Shown: positions 8,552-15,878 of the stretch, piece by piece
Layout of the letters: each line of letters begins with the position of its first letter
Numbering within the stretch: the first letter of the stretch is position 1
Source: Okeania sp.
GTDB taxonomy: Bacteria > Cyanobacteriota > Cyanobacteriia > Cyanobacteriales > Microcoleaceae
Direction: 5' to 3'
Length of the DNA: 32,000 nt
NCBI RefSeq assembly: GCF_035285525.1
Contig: NZ_JAYKGW010000059.1
Coordinates: 3,233-35,232, forward strand
Notes under the pieces: model-generated
Databases searched by the model: none
What the model was told of the DNA's origin: nothing
Seen by the model: the letters and a program-made list of their open reading frames with translations, nothing else
Position numbers and translations under genes: made by a program

Positions 8552-8818
8552 CTAATTAAGTAGTTGTGAAAATTTTCCTGGTTCTGGATATTTATAATCT
8601 GTAGTTGCTTGTTCCTGAGCTTTAATGATTCGTAATGCTCCCACTAAATGCTCTAACATTTCTATGTGAGCAGGAGTAAAGTGAATACTGAAACCTTCCC
8701 CATCCCTGGCATAACCTGGGCACACAAGAGAGGCAGCATTCTGTTCTTCATGGGTGGCAATATACAGCCAATCTTCGTCTTCCAATTTGTAGTGGGTCTC
8801 TGTCCAGGTTCTTAGCAT
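8552..8818 (-). CDS. Hypothetical small protein (88 aa from MLRTWTE)
   Basis: SD ggagga (RC of 8826-8831) lies 7 nt before the ATG at 8818. The predicted leftward transcription start (~8896) falls inside the longer 113-aa version, which favours the internal start. Confidence 0.6.
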   Translation of the reverse strand: MLRTWTETHYKLEDEDWLYIATHEEQNAASLVCPGYARDGEGFSIHFTPAHIEMLEHLVGALRIIKAQEQATTDYKYPEPGKFSQLLN

Positions 8819-8902
8819 GATGGTATCCTCCAGGTGGACTATACTTGTGAAGACTAAGGGTAAATTTACAATTAGCCAATTTGACCATGACACTATATAT
8901 AG

Positions 8903-8931
8903 AGTATGATTTTGATTGACTGAATTTTCAA
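8903..8931 (-). promoter_or_regulatory. Predicted leftward sigma70-type promoter
   Basis: On the minus strand: -35 TTGAAA (RC of 8926-8931), a 17-nt spacer, and -10 CATACT (RC of 8903-8908). The -35 is the right half of palindrome 1. Confidence 0.4.
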
Positions 8932-9031
8932 CCTTACCAGTAGTGTAATTTAATTGACTTTTTTATCAACTTAATTTTATTGTAGCGCTTGTTGATTTAA
9001 ACGTCAAGCAAAAAGTTGAAATTTTCATCAA
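8916..9031. promoter_or_regulatory. Array of four 16-bp operator-like palindromes TTGA-N8-TCAA
   Basis: The four sites are ttgactgaattttcaa (8916-8931), ttgacttttttatcaa (8954-8969), ttgatttaaacgtcaa (8992-9007) and ttgaaattttcatcaa (9016-9031). Start-to-start spacing is 38, 38 and 24 bp. All four lie in the 173-bp divergent intergenic region. Confidence 0.55.
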
Positions 9032-9044
9032 ATTAGTCTAAAAT
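9016..9044 (+). promoter_or_regulatory. Predicted rightward sigma70-type promoter of the XRE/ImmA operon
   Basis: -35 TTGAAA (9016-9021), an exact 17-nt spacer, and -10 TAAAAT (9039-9044). SD aggagg follows at 9052-9057 and the GTG start at 9067. The -35 and spacer coincide with palindrome 4. Confidence 0.45.
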
Positions 9045-9066
9045 ACTTACCAGGAGGTAAAAAGCC

Positions 9067-9408
9067 GTGGTAAACAGTTTTGGAAATCTAATTAGAAAGG
9101 CCCGCAAGGACAAAGGATACTCCCAAAGGGAGTTGGCCAAAAATCTAGGAGTGGACTTCACCTATTTGTCCAAGCTAGAAAACGATCGCGCAGACTATGC
9201 GCCAAAAGAAGAAGTGATTCGCGGACTAGCGAAGAATCTCAATTTGAATCCAGAGGAATTAATTTTCCTGGCTGGGAGGATTCCTCAACAGTACCAGGAA
9301 ATTCTCAGGCAAAATCCTAGAGAGATGCTAGCATTATTCCGACGAGTACAAGAAAATCCTGAGTTTGCTCAAAGAATATCTCAAGCAGCAAGGGAGAATG
9401 ATGTATGA
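9067..9408 (+). CDS. XRE-family helix-turn-helix transcriptional regulator (113 aa, GTG start)
   Basis: GYSQRELAKNLGVDFTYLSKLENDR is a canonical Cro/CI-type HTH. A strong SD precedes the start, and the stop overlaps the next start (ATGA). Confidence 0.9.
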   Translation: MVNSFGNLIRKARKDKGYSQRELAKNLGVDFTYLSKLENDRADYAPKEEVIRGLAKNLNLNPEELIFLAGRIPQQYQEILRQNPREMLALFRRVQENPEFAQRISQAARENDV

Positions 9409-10088
9409 GTATCCTGAAACCCTATAGCTTTTATCGCAAAGAGTCGATTGAGCATCGGGCAAATGATATTCTCAGACAAATGCACAAAACCAGCAATTTT
9501 GCTCCCAGTTGGCCTTTTGATGCTTCTTTGGTAGCTGATTTTTTGGATTTGGGAGTAGTTTGGGATAAAATTCCGCCTGATAAAGAAGGAGCGATCGCTG
9601 CTCGAATATTACCAACAGAACGACTGATTGAAATCAATGAGGAAATTTTAGACAAACCTCAAGGATTTCAAGAATCAACTCTAGCTCATGAAATTGGTCA
9701 TTGGGTGCTACATATTAATCAGGACGAAGCAGATGGAGTTGTGAAACAGTTAGAACTGGCTCTTGGTGATTACGGAAAACCAAAAGAGTCGGAAGAACCT
9801 TTTGTGTGTCGGGGTGCAGATAAGAGTAAAATAAACTCTATCGAATGGCAAGCACAATATTTTGCTGGTTGTTTATTAATGCCGAAATCTATTCTGGAAG
9901 AGAAAAGACAAGGCAGAGATTTAACCAAGTGGTCAAACCTTTATAAAATCAAAGATGAGTTAGGGGTGAGTATTTCTAATTTGACTTACCGTTTGCAAGA
10001 GTTTGGCTGGATTTCGATACCAAAAGGTAGTCGCACAATTTATCGGGGTGCTGTTGAAGTTAAGGGACAAACACATTTGTTTGGATAA
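9405..10088 (+). CDS. ImmA/IrrE-family (COG2856) zinc metallopeptidase (227 aa)
   Basis: HEIGH zinc motif at 9687-9701 (LAHEIGHWVLH) and the downstream EWQAQYFAGCLLMP block typical of the family. It is translationally coupled to the XRE gene. Confidence 0.9.
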   Translation: MSILKPYSFYRKESIEHRANDILRQMHKTSNFAPSWPFDASLVADFLDLGVVWDKIPPDKEGAIAARILPTERLIEINEEILDKPQGFQESTLAHEIGHWVLHINQDEADGVVKQLELALGDYGKPKESEEPFVCRGADKSKINSIEWQAQYFAGCLLMPKSILEEKRQGRDLTKWSNLYKIKDELGVSISNLTYRLQEFGWISIPKGSRTIYRGAVEVKGQTHLFG

Positions 10089-10120
10089 GCTTCTGATACT
10101 AATTTGTTCAAGATATGCAA

Positions 10121-10262
10121 AATTTGAACCCTCCTAACCCCTTGAAAATGGGGTTAGGGGGGATCGCAAGGTCAGGTTTTACCAAAAAATCAAGTCCAAA
10201 GTCTCCCCTTTTAAGGGGATGAAAAAGCGGTCGAGGGATGGCGAGGTTTCCTCACCATATCC
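10121..10262. repeat. Dispersed hairpin repeats (CCCCTT-n-AAGGGG family)
   Basis: ctaaccccttgaaaatggggttagg and ctccccttttaaggggat, followed by aaaagcggtcgagggatggcgaggtttcctcaccatatc. These parallel 21187-21260, with related hairpins at 14290, 16447 and 25911. Confidence 0.5.
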
Positions 10263-10347
10263 AATCGACCAAGAGAAATATTTAACTTCAGTATTTCCAA
10301 CCTCCGACTAAACTCGGAGGTTCACTCTCTACTGATTGATAACTGAT

Positions 10348-10594
10348 TAGGATTTACCCATGAACGCTTAAAATGATGCAATAGATGTAGGTTGGGTTGA
10401 GGCACGAAACCCAACAGCAACAAAGCTTTGTTGGGTAGAACGACAGTGAAACAAAACCTACATTTTTAGATGAAACGGTCTAGTAGGGTGCGTTTTCCGC
10501 GCTTGAGCGGACATAAAACGCTACGCGACATGAAAAGCGGTAGCGTAACTGAGCAAGACTCCATATCATATATAGTACCTTTGGGTAAGTCCTG
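10348..10594. mobile_element. MITE family A, complete copy carrying a nested second element
   Basis: The ends are taggatttacccatgaacgc and atatagtacctttgggtaagtcctg. An insert at ~10368-10480 is bounded by atgtaggtt/aacctacat and contains the gttgggttgaggcacgaaacccaac hairpin. The track ORF 10470..10670 is repeat-derived. Confidence 0.6.
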
Positions 10595-10644
10595 TAATAT
10601 TTACTCACCTGACTTTATTCTATCTAATTTTTTTCAATTCCTAG

Positions 10645-11214
10645 TTAACTTTTTTTGGCTGCTAAGTTAGGTACTTGAGTAAAAGAGTTAATGAAATTTT
10701 GAATCTGGTTAATATTATTTGTCCATAGTCCAGTTTCTTCATAGTATTTATTAGTTTTTCCAGGTTGAGAACAGAGAATATTGGCGCTAGTTACTACAGC
10801 AAATTTATCATCACATACCCAATATTTAGAGTGAGTTCCCATCAGTTTAAGTTGAAAATATTGAGGGTAAAGTAGTTTAAGTTCTTGTAGTTTAAACATA
10901 GCATTATATTTCCAAGTATTAGGAGGTGTTAATTTCCACCAACCATTACCAGGAATAATTATATTATCAAGATCTTTTTGCCATCCCCAACCAATCTCTA
11001 TTTTTACTTGGCGGTTCAGGGTATTTTTTAATTCTTGAATTAGGTTATTATCGAGACTATGAAGAGTTAAGAAATGGCAAACAATAATGATTTTTTCTTG
11101 AGCTTGATGTCGGGTTTTGAGGAGTAAATAACGATGTTGATATTTACCATGAATAATTCTTTGACAGTTAAAGGGATTAGTATTTTTCCAATGAGAATTA
11201 GTGGTTGAAAACAT
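10645..11214 (-). CDS. Single-domain HKD (phospholipase D / Nuc-like) family nuclease (189 aa)
   Basis: GTHSKYWVCDD gives HxK-x4-D (His128 codon at 10831-10833), followed by TSAN (the [GS]SxN position). The size and single HKD match dimeric Nuc-type endonucleases. Confidence 0.8.
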   Translation of the reverse strand: MFSTTNSHWKNTNPFNCQRIIHGKYQHRYLLLKTRHQAQEKIIIVCHFLTLHSLDNNLIQELKNTLNRQVKIEIGWGWQKDLDNIIIPGNGWWKLTPPNTWKYNAMFKLQELKLLYPQYFQLKLMGTHSKYWVCDDKFAVVTSANILCSQPGKTNKYYEETGLWTNNINQIQNFINSFTQVPNLAAKKS

Positions 11215-11280
11215 TTGTATATTTCCTAATTTGAATGTCTGAATATACTATTGCAGTTATTTTTAGGAGATATCTTTCAA

Positions 11281-11314
11281 ACATAGGCTGACATAGACTG
11301 ACATAGGCTAACAT
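11281..11314. repeat. 10-bp tandem repeat, about 3.4 copies
   Basis: acataggctg acatagactg acataggcta acat, in the divergent region between the HKD nuclease and the NACHT gene. Confidence 0.7.
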
Positions 11315-11385
11315 ATCTCTAATTTTTGGGTAAACTTATTCTTTTAAATATAGCATTTCCTAGGCTAGTAAGGTACATTGATAAT

Positions 11386-11457
11386 CCCCCTAAATCCCCC
11401 TTCGAAAGGGGGACTTTTTGTTCACTTCCCCCCTTTCAAAGGGGGGCAAGGGGGGAT
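11386..11457. repeat. G/C hairpin dispersed repeat
   Basis: ccccctaaatcccccttcgaaaggggg...cccccctttcaaagggggg. This is what produces the PPKSPFERGT/PPFQRGARGD translation in the 5' extension of the track ORF 11326..13941. Confidence 0.6.
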
Positions 11458-11556
11458 AGAAAACTGTACCTCACAAGTATGGGAATTGCTATATCTTTGA
11501 TTTATAATAGTTTATCTAGTTGGAAATACTATTTGAATATAAATAATAATTATCTG

Positions 11557-13941
11557 ATGTCTTTACCAAAAGATTTTTTAACTGACATTGCCAGAAAATA
11601 TGAACTTTCCCCAGAACAAGAAGAAGTCTTTATAGAAGTTTTTAGCACTGGAAAGTCAGACTTAGAAATAGCACAAAAGCTCCATATATCTGATTCAACA
11701 TTTCGTACTCGGATGAGCAATGTTTATAATAAATTTAGCATAGGAGGTAAAGGACCTGGTAAACGGAATAAGCTACAAAACTTTTTAGTAGATAAATATC
11801 GTTCTAGTAATTTCTCTGAATCTAATCAAGTTGATCTTTCCCCAGACAATATTAATGATTTAGTAGCCAAAGTACGTCTAAATATTCGAGAAATTATTTT
11901 AGACAAATGTGGCACTATGAAAGTATTAGATATGAATCAATCTATTGGCTTAAATGATATTTATACAAACGTTAATATCTTGGAAAAAATCACGGGTCGG
12001 ATAAGAAAAGATATTTCTCAAATTTATAAAGAGTACAATGCTGAAAATTTTGAACGTTTTGAAATTGGTGAAGTTAGTCAGGAAAGAATACCGGGAATAG
12101 AAATTGTTAAACGTTATTCAAAATTGATGGTTTTAGGTAAACCAGGAGCAGGAAAAACTACATTCTTAAAATATTTAGCTATTCAATGTATTGACGGATA
12201 TTTCCTTACAAATCTTGTGCCAATTTTTATTACTCTCAGACAGTTTGCAGAGGCAGATAATCAACCTACTATACTAGAATATATAACTCATTTTTTTTCT
12301 GATGATACTGTTTCTGATATAGAAATAGATAGCCTTTTCAAAAATGGCAGAGCATTAATTTTACTTGATGGTTTGGATGAAGTTAGAGAAGCAGATTATA
12401 ATCATGTATTAAAACAAATTCTGCATTTTTCCACTCAATATTCTAAGAATAAATTTGTCATAACTTGTCGCATTGCTGCACGGGAATATAACTTTGATAA
12501 ATTTACAGATGTACAAGTAGCTGACTTTGATAATGAGCAAATAAACAATTTTGCTAATAATTGGTTTAAATCTAAAAATCCAGAGATAGGTAAGAAATTT
12601 ATTTATAAACTTCAGGAAAATCAACCAGTTAAAGAATTAGCTACAAATCCTTTATTATTAACTCTTTTATGTTTAGAATTTGAAGATTATTTGGATTTTC
12701 CCACAAATCGTTCTGAACTTTATGAAAGAGGAGTAAATATACTTTTAAGTAAGTGGGATGCTAAACGTGGTATTGAACGAGACCAAGTTTATAAAATGTT
12801 ATCTCTGAGGCGAAAAGAAGACTTGCTTAGTCAGGTTGCTGTGAAAACTTTTGAACGGGGCGATTACTTTTTTAAACAAAAAGAATTACAGGAAAAGATT
12901 GTTGTTTATATTGAAAATTTACCTGATGCTAAAACCGATCCAGAAGCTTTGTTGATAGATAGTGAAGCAGTGTTGAAATCTATTGAAGCACAGCATGGAT
13001 TATTTGTAGAAAGAGCGCGTGGTATTTATTCTTTTTCTCATTTGACTTTTCACGAATATTTTACAGCAAGGGGAATTTATGCAACTTCTAATGGTTTAAA
13101 AATTTTGGTAAATCATGTTAGTGAAATTCGTTGGCGCGAGGTGTTTCTGTTAGTAGCTGGTATGCTGCAAAATGCTGATGAATTTTTGTTATTAATGAAG
13201 GATAAAATTGATAATTTATTAGCACAAGATGAAATATTACAAAGCTTTCTAAACTGGGGTCATCAAAAAGCTAGTTCAATTAAACTGCCATTAAAAGCTG
13301 CTAACATCCGTGCTTTTTACTTAGAACTAGAGGAAGACTGTGCTTACGATGATACTATGAGAGCTGGAATATATTCAAAATTTGTTGATGAATTATTAGA
13401 ATTTAGGTATATAGATACTGATGAATTAAAAAATTACTTTATCTACTATTATTCCTCAGCAGATTATCATACTTTTAACAATTATATTGTGCTAGATAAA
13501 AAGTTTCAAAGCCTGTTTACTGATGCTTATTATGGGAATTATTCTGTTTTATCCGAAGATATTGAAAGTATTTTAAATTTTGACCTGGAACCAAATCTTG
13601 AATATTCACTTCAACACCTCAAAAATAAACTACCTAATTACCAACAAGACGAACAAAATATGAACGAGTGGTGGAAAATAAATGGTTATAATTGGATTCA
13701 AGAATTAAGAGATATAATGATGGCATATAGAAATATTGGTCACGACTGGCAACTTACCCAAGAACAAATGCAATTTAATGAAGAAAAAATAGAATTACTG
13801 CAAAAATATTATGACGCTAACGAACTGCTAATAGAATGTTTAATGAGTGATTATTTTGTCACTCGTGAAGTAAGAAATAAAATCGAAGAAGAATTATTTT
13901 TACCCATTGCTGAAATTGAAAAAAGGAAAGAACAAAAATGA
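11557..13941 (+). CDS. STAND NTPase: N-terminal LuxR/GerE-type HTH + NACHT domain + ~300-aa uncharacterised C-terminal region (794 aa from MSLPKDF)
   Basis: HTH: LSPEQEEVFIEVFSTGKSDLEIAQKLHISDSTFRTRMSNVYNKF. NACHT: Walker A GKPGAGKTT (12136-12162), Walker B LILLDGLDEV, FVITCR, NPLLLTLLC and FSHLTFHEYFTA. I moved the start to 11557 because 11326-11556 is repeat DNA. Confidence 0.88.
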   Translation: MSLPKDFLTDIARKYELSPEQEEVFIEVFSTGKSDLEIAQKLHISDSTFRTRMSNVYNKFSIGGKGPGKRNKLQNFLVDKYRSSNFSESNQVDLSPDNINDLVAKVRLNIREIILDKCGTMKVLDMNQSIGLNDIYTNVNILEKITGRIRKDISQIYKEYNAENFERFEIGEVSQERIPGIEIVKRYSKLMVLGKPGAGKTTFLKYLAIQCIDGYFLTNLVPIFITLRQFAEADNQPTILEYITHFFSDDTVSDIEIDSLFKNGRALILLDGLDEVREADYNHVLKQILHFSTQYSKNKFVITCRIAAREYNFDKFTDVQVADFDNEQINNFANNWFKSKNPEIGKKFIYKLQENQPVKELATNPLLLTLLCLEFEDYLDFPTNRSELYERGVNILLSKWDAKRGIERDQVYKMLSLRRKEDLLSQVAVKTFERGDYFFKQKELQEKIVVYIENLPDAKTDPEALLIDSEAVLKSIEAQHGLFVERARGIYSFSHLTFHEYFTARGIYATSNGLKILVNHVSEIRWREVFLLVAGMLQNADEFLLLMKDKIDNLLAQDEILQSFLNWGHQKASSIKLPLKAANIRAFYLELEEDCAYDDTMRAGIYSKFVDELLEFRYIDTDELKNYFIYYYSSADYHTFNNYIVLDKKFQSLFTDAYYGNYSVLSEDIESILNFDLEPNLEYSLQHLKNKLPNYQQDEQNMNEWWKINGYNWIQELRDIMMAYRNIGHDWQLTQEQMQFNEEKIELLQKYYDANELLIECLMSDYFVTREVRNKIEEELFLPIAEIEKRKEQK

Positions 13942-14440
13942 TATATAAAACCCAAGGAGCAAATACAACTATTGAAAAATAAATCCTATCTTTTTAATTT
14001 CATAACTCCCGAATTACAAATTAATATTTCCTAGATTTAACACTAGGTTTAACTTAAACCAATACAGACTTATATTTGTCTATAAACTGGCGATCGCCTC
14101 ACTGCCCAAATCTAATTTTTCCAGTGGCGTTGCACAATTAGGAATGATGAAGTCTGAAAGTAGATATTTTTAGATAATTCTTTTATTTATATATCTAGAG
14201 TTACTAAATAATTAATAATTAATAATTAATAGTTAATAGGTGATAGGTGATAGTCAGTAATTATTCATTCAACAATTCACGCCTTGAAGCCTCCCTTTTT
14301 AAAAGGATAAATCAAAAAATTTCCTTGGAGTCAATCTCCTTCTTTGAAGAAGGGATAATTATTAATTATTAATTGTTCATTATTAATTACTGAAAAACCG
14401 ATTATCATTCTTTAATGTGCAACCCCCTAATTATAACTAT

Positions 14441-14623
14441 TCAACCCAACATAACATTCCCTATTACCAACAAAATTATAAATTTAGTTCCTTTTCCTTC
14501 TGTAGAATTAACTATAATTTATCCACCATGTTTTTCCACAATAATTTGACGGGCGATCGCCAACTCCAAACCCCTTCCTTTCCCCACTTTATGAAAAGTA
14601 ATGCTATACTTGGAAGGTGGTAA
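14441..14623 (-). pseudogene. Relic of a histidine-kinase C-terminus (HATPase_c G2/G3 boxes) with an in-frame stop
   Basis: The minus-strand translation is LPPSKYSITFHKVGKGRGLELAIARQIIVEKHGG*IIVNSTEGKGTKFIILLVIGNVMLG*. It compares with the G-x-GLGLAI...HGG-x-I...S..GKGT-F consensus. The internal TAA is at 14519-14521, and no upstream kinase domains are recognisable. Confidence 0.5.
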
Positions 14624-14976
14624 AAATAACTAGAAAAACCACAAAAGCTAGTTAACAATACAATTACGTCAATAAATAGTATTTATAAATAAAAAACCCA
14701 AGTATAGTAAAGTTTTTGAGAATAGGTATTAGACAAAATTTCTTTGGCACTTTTTATGACCTGAAAGGGAGTAGCAAAATATAAATTATCCCAATTTTCT
14801 ACTCTATCGTTAACCTAATTTTCGTAACTAATGGGATATTTTTTTACATGGAAATCTCTTGATGTTGGGTTTCGTTCCATGCTACGCAACCCTAACGGGA
14901 ACAACCCAACCTACGTCTACTATAATTTCTCCACCATGATTTTCGACATTTAGTTAGAGAAATTAATAACTGATAA

Positions 14977-15345
14977 CTAAAATGATGAAACTAACTCTTT
15001 AGATAAAATATTTTTTAGTTCAGACATGAGGTATTCATTACTTTTATGAGCTTCCCAAATACCAGAATCAAACCTATTTATTCGCCATTCTCCTTGCATA
15101 AAATTTTCATCTTCAGAAATAGTACCAACATAATTAATAGTGTATTTTGAACCTGTCAAATATTGTTTAAAAAAACTAATCTTACGTCCAATAACTTCAC
15201 CACTTAATATTGCTTCTCCCAAATAACTATCATCTAAAATATTACCACTCAAACTATTACCAGCTTGAACTAAAGTAGCTTCAAATCTTGTCGGATATTC
15301 CTCTTGCCAATAAGTACCTAACCAAGTTCCATTTACATTTGCCAT
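14977..15345 (-). CDS. Hypothetical protein (122 aa)
   Basis: Clean ORF outside the repeats with a beta-rich pattern (GTWLGTYWQ...GEWRINRFDSGIWEA). No family recognised. Confidence 0.55.
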   Translation of the reverse strand: MANVNGTWLGTYWQEEYPTRFEATLVQAGNSLSGNILDDSYLGEAILSGEVIGRKISFFKQYLTGSKYTINYVGTISEDENFMQGEWRINRFDSGIWEAHKSNEYLMSELKNILSKELVSSF

Positions 15346-15382
15346 AGTAGCTAAATTTGTATTTCATACAACATTATTTTCA

Positions 15383-15479
15383 ATATAGTAATCCTAAATA
15401 TATTGTAAGATTTTATCATAGGGATTTGGAGACCAAACCCCTAGAATTTTTTTTCACAAATGATTTTATATTACTATAT
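15383..15479. mobile_element. MITE-like element, family D (97 bp)
   Basis: Terminal inverted repeat atatagtaatcctaaatatattgtaagat / ttttcacaaatgattttatattactatat, with the central hairpin ggatttggagaccaaacccc. Same family as 4856-4979. Confidence 0.5.
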
Positions 15480-15501
15480 AACAATTATATTTGATTCCTT
15501 G

Positions 15502-15521
15502 ACAAAATTTCATTGCTTTTA
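15502..15521. repeat. Left arm of a perfect 20-bp long-range inverted repeat
   Basis: acaaaatttcattgctttta. Its exact reverse complement is at 17638-17657. Similarity continues about 17 nt inward with gaps (agaaacgagtgaaag vs gggaacagtgaatag). Confidence 0.75.
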
Positions 15522-15613
15522 AGAAACGAGTGAAAGTTTCAGTTTTTGTAAGCATTAAAATATTAGCTGTCAACTTTTAGCTATAAAATTTTAACCTTAA
15601 AGAGGAGGTTTTA

Positions 15614-15655
15614 ATGAATATAGACTTGAAAACTAAATTTTTTACTCAAATTTAA
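15614..15655 (+). CDS. Possible 13-codon mini-ORF (MNIDLKTKFFTQI)
   Basis: The strongest SD of this intergenic region (agaggagg, 15601-15608) lies 5 nt before the ATG. A weak hairpin (15728-15747) plus a T7 run (15754-15760) follows downstream. There is no support for coding beyond that. Confidence 0.2.
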   Translation: MNIDLKTKFFTQI

Positions 15656-15878
15656 TTTTGAAGAATAAAGCTTTTATCAAAAACTAAAAGTAGTAGCTGA
15701 TGACTGATAGCTGACGGCTGTTTGTGCAACATTCCGCAGGAAATGTTTACCAGTTTTTTTATTTACTTTTTGCTTTGTCACAACCTATGCACGGATTGCT
15801 ATAGATTATATCAATAATACTACTTACTTATCTAAGTTTAATTTGTATAATTATCCTCAGTCAATCAAGTATTTTCTC

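Noticed and set aside
9067-10088. XRE + COG2856 pair interpreted as a stand-alone toxin-antitoxin system
   Set aside because: This is possible, since it has been predicted in the literature for some such pairs. However, the four-operator, two-promoter layout fits a repressor/anti-repressor-protease switch better. It is kept as an alternative, not reported separately.
11326-11556. 77-codon N-terminal extension of the NACHT ORF (track start at 11326)
   Set aside because: The extension translates the G/C hairpin dispersed repeat (PPKSPFERGT...PPFQRGARGD) and AT-rich spacer. The protein's first recognisable domain starts right after the ATG at 11557.
14417-14623. 68-aa plus-strand ORF
   Set aside because: It is the antisense shadow of the histidine-kinase relic. 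The minus strand carries the recognisable HATPase_c motifs.
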